Virus record (IMG/VR): IMGVR_UViG_3300025413_000018
DNA: 64,000 bases
Direction: 5' to 3' (one strand)
From: an uncultured virus (IMG/VR IMGVR_UViG_3300025413_000018)
Taxonomy: Duplodnaviria; Heunggongvirae; Uroviricota; Caudoviricetes
Shown: piece by piece, positions 18,423 to 28,017 of the stretch
How the letters are laid out: every line of letters begins with the position of its first letter
Numbering within the stretch: position 1 is the stretch's first letter
The notes under the pieces: model-generated
What the model saw: the letters and a program-made list of their open reading frames with translations, nothing else
Databases searched by the model: none
Told to the model about the DNA's origin: nothing
Position numbers and translations under genes: made by a program

Positions 18423-19214
18423 ATGCCAGTTTTTGCACAACTTGATACTAACAATATAGTAATAAATATTGTAACAATATCTGACGATGAATCACCATCA
18501 GAAGATGTGGGAATATCTTTTTGTGAATCTTTTTATGATGGTGGGAATTTTATACAAACATTTCCCGACAATTCAAAAAGACGTAGATATGCACGATTAG
18601 GAGATTATTACGACAAGTCAACCGATGGTTTTTATATCGGGAATATTGAGCAAAATAATATTGATCCTGTTAGGTATTGTAATTTAAGCAATAACACTTC
18701 TTATTGCGTTATTTATAGAAATGCAAGTTCTCTTTTTACTGGCTTAATTGCATCTACATATTTTGACCAGCAATACAGTCCATCTCAGTCTGCAATAAAC
18801 TTAAAAAAAATAAATACATACAATTCGTGTACGGGAACACCATACGCAATTATTCGTGATCCAGTTGATCGTTTTATTTCTTCATATTCGCTTACTACAG
18901 GAGGAGTTCCTGCTTGGCTTCCAGTAGATCAATTTATTTCTTGGCTGGTTCAACAGGACAAAACAAAGCTGAACCCTCACTTCATGCCCCAAGTAAACCT
19001 TATTGGCATTCCTGCTCCGTCAAACATTGTTTATTTTGATTTTGCGAAAGACCTCACGCCTATGGCTGTTGCCCTTGGGCTACCAACTCCTCTTCCTTCT
19101 GTGAATGTAACGGATACTTCCAAGAAGCCAACCCTCACGGCAGATCAGATCGCAACGCTTCAGAGCTTCTACGCTGACGATGTGGCGTTATACAAACAAG
19201 TATCTGCTTCGTGA
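18423..19214 (+). CDS. Sulfotransferase (Sulfotransfer_2-like) with an N-terminal phage fibre-associated domain
   Basis: 5'-PSB-like IYRNASS, 3'-PB IIRDPVDRFISSY, PHFMPQ; N-terminal FAQLD.NN.V.N...YD...D.F domain. Confidence 0.72.
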   Translation: MPVFAQLDTNNIVINIVTISDDESPSEDVGISFCESFYDGGNFIQTFPDNSKRRRYARLGDYYDKSTDGFYIGNIEQNNIDPVRYCNLSNNTSYCVIYRNASSLFTGLIASTYFDQQYSPSQSAINLKKINTYNSCTGTPYAIIRDPVDRFISSYSLTTGGVPAWLPVDQFISWLVQQDKTKLNPHFMPQVNLIGIPAPSNIVYFDFAKDLTPMAVALGLPTPLPSVNVTDTSKKPTLTADQIATLQSFYADDVALYKQVSAS

Positions 19215-19645
19215 AGATTGCTCCGGTGATATGGCTCACCGGACGTTCAGGTGCCGGTAAATCTACTCTGGCAGAAGAGTATCGTAAACTACTCTACTCC
19301 CTAGGGTACTCCGTATTGGTTTTGGACGGGGATGGAATTCGATCTACTTTGTCCATTGATCTCGGCTTCTCACAAGAGGATCGGCAAGAAAACATCCGCC
19401 GAGTCGGCGAGATCGCAGTCATGGCGGCTTCACAGGGAATCACGACCATTGTGTCGATGATTTCCCCTTTTCGCGCTTGCCGAAACCTGGTGCGAACTAA
19501 GTGCCAAGAAGCAGGAATCAAGTTCATTGAAGTCTTGGTCAAGTGCCCGGAAGAGAACTACCGAACATACGATCAAGAAGTTGGGTACGAAGACCCTCTC
19601 ACGCCTGAGATTGTATCTGAGAACCGTCAAAACCTTCTTGCCTAG
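19211..19645 (+). CDS. cysC: Adenylyl-sulfate (APS) kinase, shortened
   Basis: IWLTGRSGAGKST, LDGDGIR, DLGFSQEDRQENIRR and ISPF are CysC signatures. Confidence 0.9.
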   Translation: MKIAPVIWLTGRSGAGKSTLAEEYRKLLYSLGYSVLVLDGDGIRSTLSIDLGFSQEDRQENIRRVGEIAVMAASQGITTIVSMISPFRACRNLVRTKCQEAGIKFIEVLVKCPEENYRTYDQEVGYEDPLTPEIVSENRQNLLA

Positions 19646-19701
19646 AAAACAATTTGCAGGTGTAATAACCACACACTATGAATCACGCATCATAAGTCCT
19701 C

Positions 19702-19986
19702 ATGGATACCCCAGAGAAACCAAACTTCATAATGAGACATCTTCCTCTTTTGGGAGGGCTCTCCGGTGTCGCCGCATTTGGGGCAATTTTTTGGTCTTAC
19801 GCACTATTACCGACCAGGGTGACCATGATTGAAGAGATCAACAAACAACATGAAACCCGTCTTTCCGCTATCGAGTTAGATAACTCCCAACGCCGTGAGG
19901 CACTTGCAACGGCTCTAGCACTAATACAGCAAATTGATTCCCGAACACGAAGGATTGAAGATCACTTGATCGCCCCTAGCAAATGA
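19702..19986 (+). CDS. Membrane/coiled-coil protein (holin-like)
   Basis: One N-terminal TM segment plus a coiled coil; first gene of the lysis cluster. Confidence 0.5.
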   Translation: MDTPEKPNFIMRHLPLLGGLSGVAAFGAIFWSYALLPTRVTMIEEINKQHETRLSAIELDNSQRREALATALALIQQIDSRTRRIEDHLIAPSK

Positions 19987-20195
19987 CACCGTTAGCAAAA
20001 GAAGCTGTTGCCGCGTTTCTTATGACGAGTTTCTTACTTGGACTGATTACGATTGCTCTTTCTATCCTAGTGGGGTGTTCCTCTGATCCACTTTCCAAGC
20101 GGCATACCTCATCCCCCGACACATACATACAAGGGGCCACTTCAATCAACGATCAGATTGACCAGAAGGTCATCATTCTCGAACACTCTCGATGA
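19983..20195 (+). CDS. Small lipoprotein (spanin-like)
   Basis: Hydrophobic signal ending in the lipobox LVGC. Confidence 0.5.
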   Translation: MTPLAKEAVAAFLMTSFLLGLITIALSILVGCSSDPLSKRHTSSPDTYIQGATSINDQIDQKVIILEHSR

Positions 20196-20671
20196 AAAGT
20201 ATATTTTTCTTTTTTGTGCTTTCCGCCGGTCTATTGGCAAGCCCACTTTCCAAACAGCAAATAAACCTGCTCAATCAAATAGAAGTTCTATCAGCGCAGG
20301 AAAAAACGGATCTTTTGCACGCCCAACAAGACTATTTGAAAGTTGAAGGGCAGTTAAACTGGTATGTCGAAGACGATACCAAGCAGGCACAGCGCGGAGA
20401 TCTATGGGAGCATCGTACTGAAGTAGTGGTAGAGATAGGTGCTTTCTTTTTTGCTCTTTATGTGGGGACAGTGATTGCAGGACTCATCATCAGAAACTTC
20501 CCAGCCGTCGAGGGTTGGATTGCAAGTGCGGTAGCCTACGCTCTTTGTTTCTTTGCTAGTATGTACGTTCTAAATCATTTTATCGATGAAATCGGGAAGC
20601 TTATACCTACTGTTCCTTCTTGGGACGAGGCAACTAGGTGGTTTCATCACGCTAAACAATCTCTTCGGTGA
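20192..20671 (+). CDS. Membrane protein of the lysis cluster
   Basis: Signal peptide, coiled coil and two TM segments. Confidence 0.5.
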   Translation: MKSIFFFFVLSAGLLASPLSKQQINLLNQIEVLSAQEKTDLLHAQQDYLKVEGQLNWYVEDDTKQAQRGDLWEHRTEVVVEIGAFFFALYVGTVIAGLIIRNFPAVEGWIASAVAYALCFFASMYVLNHFIDEIGKLIPTVPSWDEATRWFHHAKQSLR

Positions 20672-20967
20672 ACTTCTCCGGTATCGTAGACTGGATTCGC
20701 AGGGCGTTATCCGAGTCCGACGGAACACCCTCTAGCCTTCGACCTCCTTTTTGGTTTCACGATTTCATCCTAGGGCTGTGCATTGTCTCCGTCGTGGTTT
20801 TTACACTTTGGTCGCATTACCACGACCCCAAGAATCCCTTTAATCCTACTGCGATTGGTGCTGTTTTGGCCGGATGGTTCACTATCAATAGAGGTAGCAA
20901 GATTGTTCAAAAGGGTGTTGAAGCAACTCCGGCTCAAGAAACTTCATCGCTCCCCTCAAAATTATGA
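20668..20967 (+). CDS. Putative holin
   Basis: LSESDGTPSS.R followed by two TM segments, directly upstream of the endolysin. Confidence 0.55.
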   Translation: MNFSGIVDWIRRALSESDGTPSSLRPPFWFHDFILGLCIVSVVVFTLWSHYHDPKNPFNPTAIGAVLAGWFTINRGSKIVQKGVEATPAQETSSLPSKL

Positions 20968-21545
20968 CAATCCAAGAGATCTTGAATTACGCCGCAGAAG
21001 GGCAGTCTCCTAGGTTTGTTAAGTGGCTAGGTTTTGTCCTAGGGTGGGAGTGTGCTTACGAGTCGGATGGTGTGACTATTCGGATTGAAAATGTGCCAGG
21101 TGATAGTGGAGGAAGGACTGTTTGCGGCATTGATGAAGCCAGCCATCCGACGTTTCCTTTCGATAGCTGGACGGCGGAAGACGTTGTCCAGGCGTATTTG
21201 AAAGATGCTTGGAACTTTCTCTCTTCTTTGCAGTTTCCCGTTTGTGAAGTAGCCGCAAACTTTGCTGTCAACATGGGGCTAGGCAATTCAGTTAGGCTCC
21301 TTCAAGAAGCTATAGAGGCTCAAACTACAATCACCATCGATGGAAAACTTGGCCCCGATACCCTAGGATCCGCCAATCAAGTAAACCCTTATCGCCTAGC
21401 CGAGGACATAGAGTCAGCCGCAGACGCACGATATCGGAGAATTGCGTATAAGAATCCGGTAGACCGAAAGTTCCTTGCTGGGTGGCTGGCAAGGGATGTT
21501 TCACTTGATCACTGGTGGAAAAAACTTTCTGATTTAGAAAAGTAA
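20964..21545 (+). CDS. Endolysin, glycoside hydrolase family 108-like
   Basis: E...GDSGGRTVCGI, FAVNMG, IDGKLGPDTL and KFLAGWLAR. Confidence 0.85.
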   Translation: MTIQEILNYAAEGQSPRFVKWLGFVLGWECAYESDGVTIRIENVPGDSGGRTVCGIDEASHPTFPFDSWTAEDVVQAYLKDAWNFLSSLQFPVCEVAANFAVNMGLGNSVRLLQEAIEAQTTITIDGKLGPDTLGSANQVNPYRLAEDIESAADARYRRIAYKNPVDRKFLAGWLARDVSLDHWWKKLSDLEK

Positions 21546-21589
21546 TACTTGCATAAAAGGTTATTACATCCATATTCCCTGCGACTCTC

Positions 21590-22426
21590 ATGGCAAAGAA
21601 AACCAAAGCAGTTAAACTGCCGCCAGTAAATCCTAGGATCGGAGGAGCCGTCGTTGTTTCCGATCTTCACTGCGGTTCTTCCGTGGGGCTATGGCCTGAT
21701 GGTTTTGAAACTGAGACCGGAAATCAGATTAAGCTGGGTAACAATCTTCATCAGCAATGGCTTTGGAAGTGCTGGCTTGATGCGGTCAATAAAGCTGTAA
21801 ATCACTTTAAGGGCAGGCCGTTTGTCGTAATCGTCAACGGAGATTGTATCGAAGGCCGGCATCATGGGACTACCGAGATTGTAGTGGCAAAGAACATTGA
21901 TCATGCCGCCGCCGCAACCGAATGTTTGCGCCCTCTTGTGGAGTCTTGTTTCAAGACTTATTTTACCGCTGGTACTGAGTGCCATGTGGGAGACTTCGAG
22001 AAAGTCATCTGCAAAGAACTTGGCGGTGAGTGGTGTGGAGACAAGGGACTTATTGAGATTAACGGAACACTTCTTGACGTAGCTCATCATATGCCCACCG
22101 CAGGTCGTGCTTACCTTGAGGCCGGAGCCATGTCGATTACGATGGGCAACGCCAGACTGAACTACGCTAGGGTAGGCCAGCGTGTCCCTAGGGTGTATCT
22201 ACGAGGTCATCGCCACACAGGAGGATATTACTCGGATGGACACGCGCTGTTCCTAGTCACGCCAGCGTGGCAACTTCTTACCAGATACGGACACAAAGTA
22301 GTCGGAGACTCAATTTGCCGACCTGGCATTGCCATTCTGGATTGGGACGCCACTCCAGATGGAGGTCTTCCATCCACGCAACTATTGACTTATGACCCAG
22401 AAGAAAGTGAATCCACCCGAGCATGA
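21590..22426 (+). CDS. Calcineurin-like metallophosphoesterase
   Basis: SDLHCG, NGDCIEG, GTECH, AHH and GHRH metal-binding motifs. Confidence 0.82.
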   Translation: MAKKTKAVKLPPVNPRIGGAVVVSDLHCGSSVGLWPDGFETETGNQIKLGNNLHQQWLWKCWLDAVNKAVNHFKGRPFVVIVNGDCIEGRHHGTTEIVVAKNIDHAAAATECLRPLVESCFKTYFTAGTECHVGDFEKVICKELGGEWCGDKGLIEINGTLLDVAHHMPTAGRAYLEAGAMSITMGNARLNYARVGQRVPRVYLRGHRHTGGYYSDGHALFLVTPAWQLLTRYGHKVVGDSICRPGIAILDWDATPDGGLPSTQLLTYDPEESESTRA

Positions 22427-22691
22427 CCTCCTAGCATCTGCATGGGATGCTATAAAAACAGAACTAATAACGGCTTCTGTAGATACCTACAGAGAGCAGG
22501 GTTGGAAGAGCTTATACGATCTCAAAGCTGAGGCAGATCTTCCTCAGTCTACGATGAACAATCGCCTCAACAAGCTGGTAGAGGAAGGAAAGATGGAAAA
22601 GATACAGGTCAGCGTAGTCGGAAATAATGGAGTTCGCAGACCTATAAACTTTTATCGTCCAACACTCATCCAGCGTTTGACTAAAAAGTAA
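22392..22691 (+). CDS. Winged-helix DNA-binding protein
   Basis: LPQSTMNNRLNKLVEEGKMEK wHTH pattern. Confidence 0.65.
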   Translation: MTQKKVNPPEHDLLASAWDAIKTELITASVDTYREQGWKSLYDLKAEADLPQSTMNNRLNKLVEEGKMEKIQVSVVGNNGVRRPINFYRPTLIQRLTKK

Positions 22692-22713
22692 TAACCGCTT
22701 AACCTCTTTATTC

Positions 22714-23493
22714 ATGCTTCTCATTCTTCCCATTAGCCGAATCGATTCTGGGTTGGCTTTACGACTAGCAAACTGGATTTCTACCCTAGGAGGCGGAGCT
22801 AACCATCATTTATTGGTTTCTTGCCCACTCAACCAGAAAAGCGTAGCTGAAGAAATCCAGAACATCCTTAAAGGAACTTTTGCTTCTGCTGGAATTTACG
22901 TCCTTGATCAGGATCATGAGCTGGGTTGGCCTTCTTCCGCAAATTTCATGTTCAAGAAAACCGCGGGGTATGTCTACGCGAGAGGAAACCGTCTCCCTTT
23001 TTATTGGTTTGAAGCCGACAACGTACCCATGAAGTCTTCTTGGCTGGACGATCTCCAGACTGAGTACAACCTGGCACAGAAACCCTTTATGGGCGTCGTA
23101 GAAGATTCCATCGTAAGGAAGCCGGATACCAAAGAGTTCATTAGGAAGGACGGACAACATATGAATGGAAGTGGAATCTACCCTGCAAATTTTGTTCGTG
23201 CCTCACAGCTATTTGATTCGATTCATACTCATAAGGAAGCACAGCCTTGGGATATCTATCTGCGCTGGGAAATGAAGGGTTGTATCCACAACAGCAAGCA
23301 GATGATCAACAACTGGAAGAGCAAGGAATACGTTCGCACTTCCGACGGAATGATCGCCTGCACGGCTATGGATCCCAATCACCCACCCAAGTATGTTACC
23401 GACGCTATTGCCGTTGTGCATGGGTGTAAGGACGAGTCTCTTATCGATCTTTTGGAGAACAAATCAGCCAAGCCCTCTAAGAAATCAAAGTAA
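22714..23493 (+). CDS. Glycosyltransferase-like protein
   Basis: WFEADNVP (DxD-like), PFMG, HMNGSGIYP, PWD and VVHGCK pattern of GT-A-like proteins. Inference. Confidence 0.5.
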   Translation: MLLILPISRIDSGLALRLANWISTLGGGANHHLLVSCPLNQKSVAEEIQNILKGTFASAGIYVLDQDHELGWPSSANFMFKKTAGYVYARGNRLPFYWFEADNVPMKSSWLDDLQTEYNLAQKPFMGVVEDSIVRKPDTKEFIRKDGQHMNGSGIYPANFVRASQLFDSIHTHKEAQPWDIYLRWEMKGCIHNSKQMINNWKSKEYVRTSDGMIACTAMDPNHPPKYVTDAIAVVHGCKDESLIDLLENKSAKPSKKSK

Positions 23494-25853
23494 TGGAGAT
23501 CTCGACTGCCCCTTTAGATATTGCTGGACTCGATCCAGTAACAGGAGAAGTTCCTGAACGTAGAGTTGCTGATGTAGATGCGGCTCGTAGCATCTACGAC
23601 ACCATTTGGACAAGCGATCTTGGTAGCTCAAAAAACCGTTCTTTGGTGGATGCCATGTTTGGAGGTGCCCCTCCTTTCAATCCCGATGACCTAGTCGAAA
23701 TCGGACAATCAGAAAGAACCAACATTGATTTCGGAATTGCCGCCGCAGTCAAAGATCAGGCTTTAGCTCAGTATTACGATCTGACTTCGAGTGTTCCTCG
23801 CCTAGCCTCGGTTCATGTTGACTACGGAACGGATGAACAGCGGGTCGAATGGGAAGGGATTATCGCCGAAGAGTTCCATCATACGCTGATGAACTGGACG
23901 GAGTTTGAGTTCAACCATCAGCTTCTTTCAGACCAGTTTGTTTCACATGGAGTGGGAGTTGCTTACTTCGAGGATGAGACCGACTGGCGTTATCGTGTAA
24001 CCGGACTCAATGAGTTCAAGATGCCCCGCGGAACAAAAGCCAGCGAGGCTGAGATTGAAGTTGCAACCGTGGAGCGTGAATACCTAGCCCATCAGCTTTA
24101 TGCTTTTATCCGAAATCCTGAAGTAGCCGAGGAACTAGGATGGAATGTAGATATGGTAAAGCAGGCACTTATGCACGCCTGCCTCGCCACTCCTACCCCA
24201 TATCTTGCTGACTGGGAAAAACTCGAAATCGAACTCAAGAACAACGATCTACTCTATGGCAATTCCAAGGCCAAGAGGGTCAAGGTTGTCCATATGTGGG
24301 TTCAAGAGTTTTCAGGCAAAGTCTCTCACATGATTTTCCTTAAAGACCCGCTTCCGGCAGACACCGGATTCGGTGAGGCAAACGAGCAGTTCTTGTACGA
24401 GAAGTTCGAGCGTTTTGATGCCCCAACTCGTTGCTTTGTTACTTTCACCTACGGAATTGGAAATGGTTGCTACCACGGAATTCGAGGACTTGGGTACAAG
24501 ATTTACCCTCACATCCAGCTCATCAATCGTATGCGGTGTGGCATGAGTGATGGGGCTCTTCTGTCTTCCGCACTCATCGTCCAGCCCAGTGATGCCAGCA
24601 CTCGTTCCCTAGAGGATCTGACGCTGAACTACTTTGGGCCTTACGCCCTTTTCCCTGCCGGCCTTAAAATCGTTGAAAAAGCGGTTCCTGATTTCCGCGC
24701 CAACATGATGCCGGTATTGGCAGACATGACGCAGACTCTTCAGAACAATACGATCGGGTTTCAGAGCCGTGCCATTACTCCCGAAGGACAAGCTCGCACC
24801 GCTTTTGAAGTCCGCGCCCAACTTCAACAAGAAGCAACTCTTACCAGTGCATCCATCAACCTGTTCTACCATCCTTGGAAGCGTCTTCTTTGGGAGGTTT
24901 TTCGTAGACTCAGCCGCAGGGACTCTTCTCCTTTCGAGCCGGGTGGCAAGGAAGCGGTAGCGTTTAAGAAGCGTTGCATGGAGCGCGGTGTTCCTGCCGA
25001 GGCTATCTACCACGTTACTGCTGTTTGGCCTGTCCGTGCCGTCGGTAACGGGAGCCCCGCCATGCGTAGTCAGGTGCTTTCCCAGATGATGTCCATGTAT
25101 GGTGCTCTCGATCAGGAAGGTCAGGCACATCTTCTACGAGACAACATTGCCGCACTTGTAGGTCAAGAAGCGGTTAATCGGTACGCCAAACCTATTGATC
25201 AACCTCTTCGTCCCCCTATTGACGATAAGATTGCTATTCTGGAAAACGCCACCATGAGCCACGGAACCACCATTCCCGTATCTCCTGGTGAAGATGACTT
25301 TATTCATGCCGGTCGTCACTTGCAGGCCCTTGACGAACTCGATCAAGCCCTAGGGCAGGGTCAAGCAGATCCCAAGGCTTCCCTTATGGCGATGGAAGCA
25401 TTTTTGCCGCATACAGCACAACACGTTCAGAGACTAGGGCAAGACAAGCTACGAGGACAGCAGGTAGGTTTGATGCGCCAGCGACTTCAGCAACTCAATG
25501 CAACTGCAAAGCGTTTGCAAGATCAGCTACAAGCCCAGCAGATCAACGCTCAGAAAGCCCAGCAGGCACAGGCTCAACGTAATGCAGAGCAACAACAGGC
25601 TCAGATAAAGATGCTTCAGCAGAAGGCCGCGGAAGCCGATGCGATGTCGCCAAAACTGAAACAGCAGATTTTGGAAAGCCAAGCCAAGATGCAGATGGAA
25701 GCACAACGTCATCAGCAGGAGATGGCTTTGAAGCAAGCCGAAGTTTCTCAGAAGCTCGCTCTGCGAGATGCTGAAACCGCCGCTAAAGTTAAAGCCGCCG
25801 GTATGCCGGCAGTACCTACGACCGTCCCGATGGCTCAACCCGATCAGGAATAG
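23493..25853 (+). CDS. Portal protein
   Basis: 786 aa, upstream of scaffold and capsid; RTAFEV motif and a Gln-rich C-terminal helical barrel as in podovirus portals. Confidence 0.75.
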   Translation: MEISTAPLDIAGLDPVTGEVPERRVADVDAARSIYDTIWTSDLGSSKNRSLVDAMFGGAPPFNPDDLVEIGQSERTNIDFGIAAAVKDQALAQYYDLTSSVPRLASVHVDYGTDEQRVEWEGIIAEEFHHTLMNWTEFEFNHQLLSDQFVSHGVGVAYFEDETDWRYRVTGLNEFKMPRGTKASEAEIEVATVEREYLAHQLYAFIRNPEVAEELGWNVDMVKQALMHACLATPTPYLADWEKLEIELKNNDLLYGNSKAKRVKVVHMWVQEFSGKVSHMIFLKDPLPADTGFGEANEQFLYEKFERFDAPTRCFVTFTYGIGNGCYHGIRGLGYKIYPHIQLINRMRCGMSDGALLSSALIVQPSDASTRSLEDLTLNYFGPYALFPAGLKIVEKAVPDFRANMMPVLADMTQTLQNNTIGFQSRAITPEGQARTAFEVRAQLQQEATLTSASINLFYHPWKRLLWEVFRRLSRRDSSPFEPGGKEAVAFKKRCMERGVPAEAIYHVTAVWPVRAVGNGSPAMRSQVLSQMMSMYGALDQEGQAHLLRDNIAALVGQEAVNRYAKPIDQPLRPPIDDKIAILENATMSHGTTIPVSPGEDDFIHAGRHLQALDELDQALGQGQADPKASLMAMEAFLPHTAQHVQRLGQDKLRGQQVGLMRQRLQQLNATAKRLQDQLQAQQINAQKAQQAQAQRNAEQQQAQIKMLQQKAAEADAMSPKLKQQILESQAKMQMEAQRHQQEMALKQAEVSQKLALRDAETAAKVKAAGMPAVPTTVPMAQPDQE

Positions 25854-25867
25854 TAATAACCACATAT

Positions 25868-26119
25868 ATGACCACCATTAAAAAGCGATTCACTAAAGTC
25901 ATAAAGAACGCCACAACAGGACGTACTAGAACCGTTCACTACGGACAGGCTGGAAAAGCTAAAGATGGCGGTGATCGCATTCGCCCAGGAACTAAAAAGG
26001 GCGATGCCTATTGCGCTCGATCCAACAAGATCAAAGGAGATTGGAGAAAAGACCCCAACTCCCCCAACAGCCTTTCTCGCAAGAAGTGGAAATGCCACGG
26101 AAACAAGTCCATGCGATAA
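25868..26119 (+). CDS. Small basic phage protein (YCARS...RKKWKC)
   Basis: Motif typical of small basic proteins in aquatic phage head modules. Confidence 0.65.
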   Translation: MTTIKKRFTKVIKNATTGRTRTVHYGQAGKAKDGGDRIRPGTKKGDAYCARSNKIKGDWRKDPNSPNSLSRKKWKCHGNKSMR

Positions 26120-26122
26120 TTT

Positions 26123-26350
26123 ATGCCAAGAGTCAGAGACTACGCCAAGGAGTATAGGGATTACCACGGTAAGCCCGAACAAATCAAACGTCGAGCCGAG
26201 CGCAATGCTGCTCGTGCAAAGATGGAAAAAGCAGGCCGAGTCCGAAAGGGCGACGGAAAGGATGTTGATCATAAAGATCACCGAACCAGCAATAACCGCC
26301 GTTCCAACCTTCGGGTTATGTCGGCATCTAAAAATAGGTCTCGCCAATAA
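26123..26350 (+). CDS. Small HNH-motif protein
   Basis: GDGKDVDHKD...NNRRSNLRV...KNR. Confidence 0.7.
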   Translation: MPRVRDYAKEYRDYHGKPEQIKRRAERNAARAKMEKAGRVRKGDGKDVDHKDHRTSNNRRSNLRVMSASKNRSRQ

Positions 26351-26658
26351 TGACGATCCTCGATTTTAGATCGAACGAGGCTTTGGTGACTGTGTTTTCA
26401 CAGCTTATCAAAGCTCCCGAATTCGAGTTGGCGATTAACACAATCAAAGACGCCTACCTGCCCATCTCTTCGGAGCCTCCTAAAGGGGTTTCTTTTGAGA
26501 CATGGAATAGTCATCAGAATACCCGCCGTGAGGGGTTTTATGAGGCCATTCGTCTTATCGAACTCATGGCAAAGCCAGTCTCAAAACAAAAAGAAATTTC
26601 AACCCGTGGCCTTATGCCATCGCTCGTAAACGAAGATACTTATGAACCCGCAAACTGA
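26350..26658 (+). CDS. Hypothetical head-module protein
   Basis: 102-aa ORF coupled to its neighbours. Confidence 0.55.
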   Translation: MTILDFRSNEALVTVFSQLIKAPEFELAINTIKDAYLPISSEPPKGVSFETWNSHQNTRREGFYEAIRLIELMAKPVSKQKEISTRGLMPSLVNEDTYEPAN

Positions 26659-27955
26659 CGCAAACCCCGAAACTAGCACCATGATTCCTCCTCCGCCTGA
26701 TTTGGCAGAGTTCTCCAGCAAAGGAGATACCGGAGGAACACAATCGTTCGAGGCCGCCACCGCATTTGGTGCCGCCTTCGATAAACTAAAAGACGAGGGT
26801 AAGCTGACTTTTGACGAACCCGCTCCATCAACTCCGGCATCGGAAGCCAAAGCCCCTAGGGTGGACGATGATCCAGGTTTCAAACCCTCCGAGATTGTCA
26901 AAGAGGAGAAAGCTCCCGCCAAATCAAAAGTAAAAGAACCTGTAAAGGAAGAGACTAAATCCCCCGCGGATTCTGTTTTCCCTAGCGCAGAGGATCTCGC
27001 AAGCATCATTTCCCCCAAGAAAGATGAGGCTACGACTGCCGAAAGCGATGAGATTCCAGAGAACTTGAAGGGTGCTACCAAGAAAGCCCAAGAGGCTTGG
27101 AAGGAACAGCGTGAGGCCATCAAAGCCGAGAAAAAACGAGCTGATGAGCTTGCCGCTAGGGTAGCCGAGCTTGAGAAACAGAAGATCGACCCCACGGAAC
27201 TTGAGCGTATTCGCAAAGTTAACGAAGAGTACGAACGCGAGCTTCAGGTAGTTCGAGTCGAAGCTACTCAGGAGTATAAAGAAGCCGTCTTGGTTCCTCT
27301 TTCTAAGGTTCAAGAGTCAGTCACTGGCCTTGCCACAAAGTACGATATCAGCCCCAAGGATCTCTTTGAATCACTTGCGGATCCAGAAGGCGATAAAATC
27401 ACCGACCTAGCGGCTGGAATGAACGATCGTGATCGTTTCCGTCTGTACGAGATGGCGGATCAATTCTCGAAAGTTCGCACTATCCGTGACCGAGTTGTCA
27501 ATAATGCCAAACTCGCCCTAGAGAAGATTAACGCCCACCGTGAGGAGCAGGCTAAGGTTCAGATGGAAGAGGGTAGTAAAGCTTACTCTCAAGCTATCGA
27601 AACCATTGGCAAAACAATCACCGAAGCCAGCCCTATCTTTAAGCGGGTCGAAGGAAATGATGAGTGGAACAAACAGCTCGACGAGGCTGAAGCATTCGCT
27701 AGGAATGCACAGCTTCAAAGCCCTGATCCCGCTATTAGGGCAGGTATTGCTTGGAGAGCGGCTCTTTCGCCGATGCTCTTTAACCAAGTAACCAAGCTCT
27801 ACAGCGAACTAAAGGAAGCCCAGTCACAGCTCGCCAAGTACACCAGTGCGAAACCGAAGGCTGGGGGAGGGGCATCACCTGCTGACGTAGCCGGTGGCGG
27901 TAAGCCTCAGTACGACGACTTCCTCGATGCCCTAAAAGGAGAACTCAGGTTTTAG
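26642..27955 (+). CDS. Capsid scaffolding protein
   Basis: Acidic/Pro-rich N-terminus, long coiled coil, directly upstream of the capsid gene. Confidence 0.65.
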   Translation: MNPQTDANPETSTMIPPPPDLAEFSSKGDTGGTQSFEAATAFGAAFDKLKDEGKLTFDEPAPSTPASEAKAPRVDDDPGFKPSEIVKEEKAPAKSKVKEPVKEETKSPADSVFPSAEDLASIISPKKDEATTAESDEIPENLKGATKKAQEAWKEQREAIKAEKKRADELAARVAELEKQKIDPTELERIRKVNEEYERELQVVRVEATQEYKEAVLVPLSKVQESVTGLATKYDISPKDLFESLADPEGDKITDLAAGMNDRDRFRLYEMADQFSKVRTIRDRVVNNAKLALEKINAHREEQAKVQMEEGSKAYSQAIETIGKTITEASPIFKRVEGNDEWNKQLDEAEAFARNAQLQSPDPAIRAGIAWRAALSPMLFNQVTKLYSELKEAQSQLAKYTSAKPKAGGGASPADVAGGGKPQYDDFLDALKGELRF

Positions 27956-27972
27956 TTTTTAAGATCTAAAAT

Positions 27973-28017
27973 AACGCCCTAGGGTTGTGACTTTATTGTT
28001 GCACCCTAGGGTGTTTT
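27973..28017 (+). terminator. Hairpin/terminator built from two CCCTAGGG copies
   Basis: AACGCCCTAGGGT...ACCCTAGGGTGTT followed by T residues. Confidence 0.6.

Noticed and set aside
26123..26350. HNH ORF as a mobile homing endonuclease or intron
   Set aside because: Only 75 aa, free-standing in the head module, with no interrupted gene or intron structure seen.
26599..27216. Long antisense ORFs in the track (e.g. 26599-27216, 38182-38769, 6099-6644, 14411-14920)
   Set aside because: They shadow well-supported genes on the opposite strand and show no recognisable motifs.
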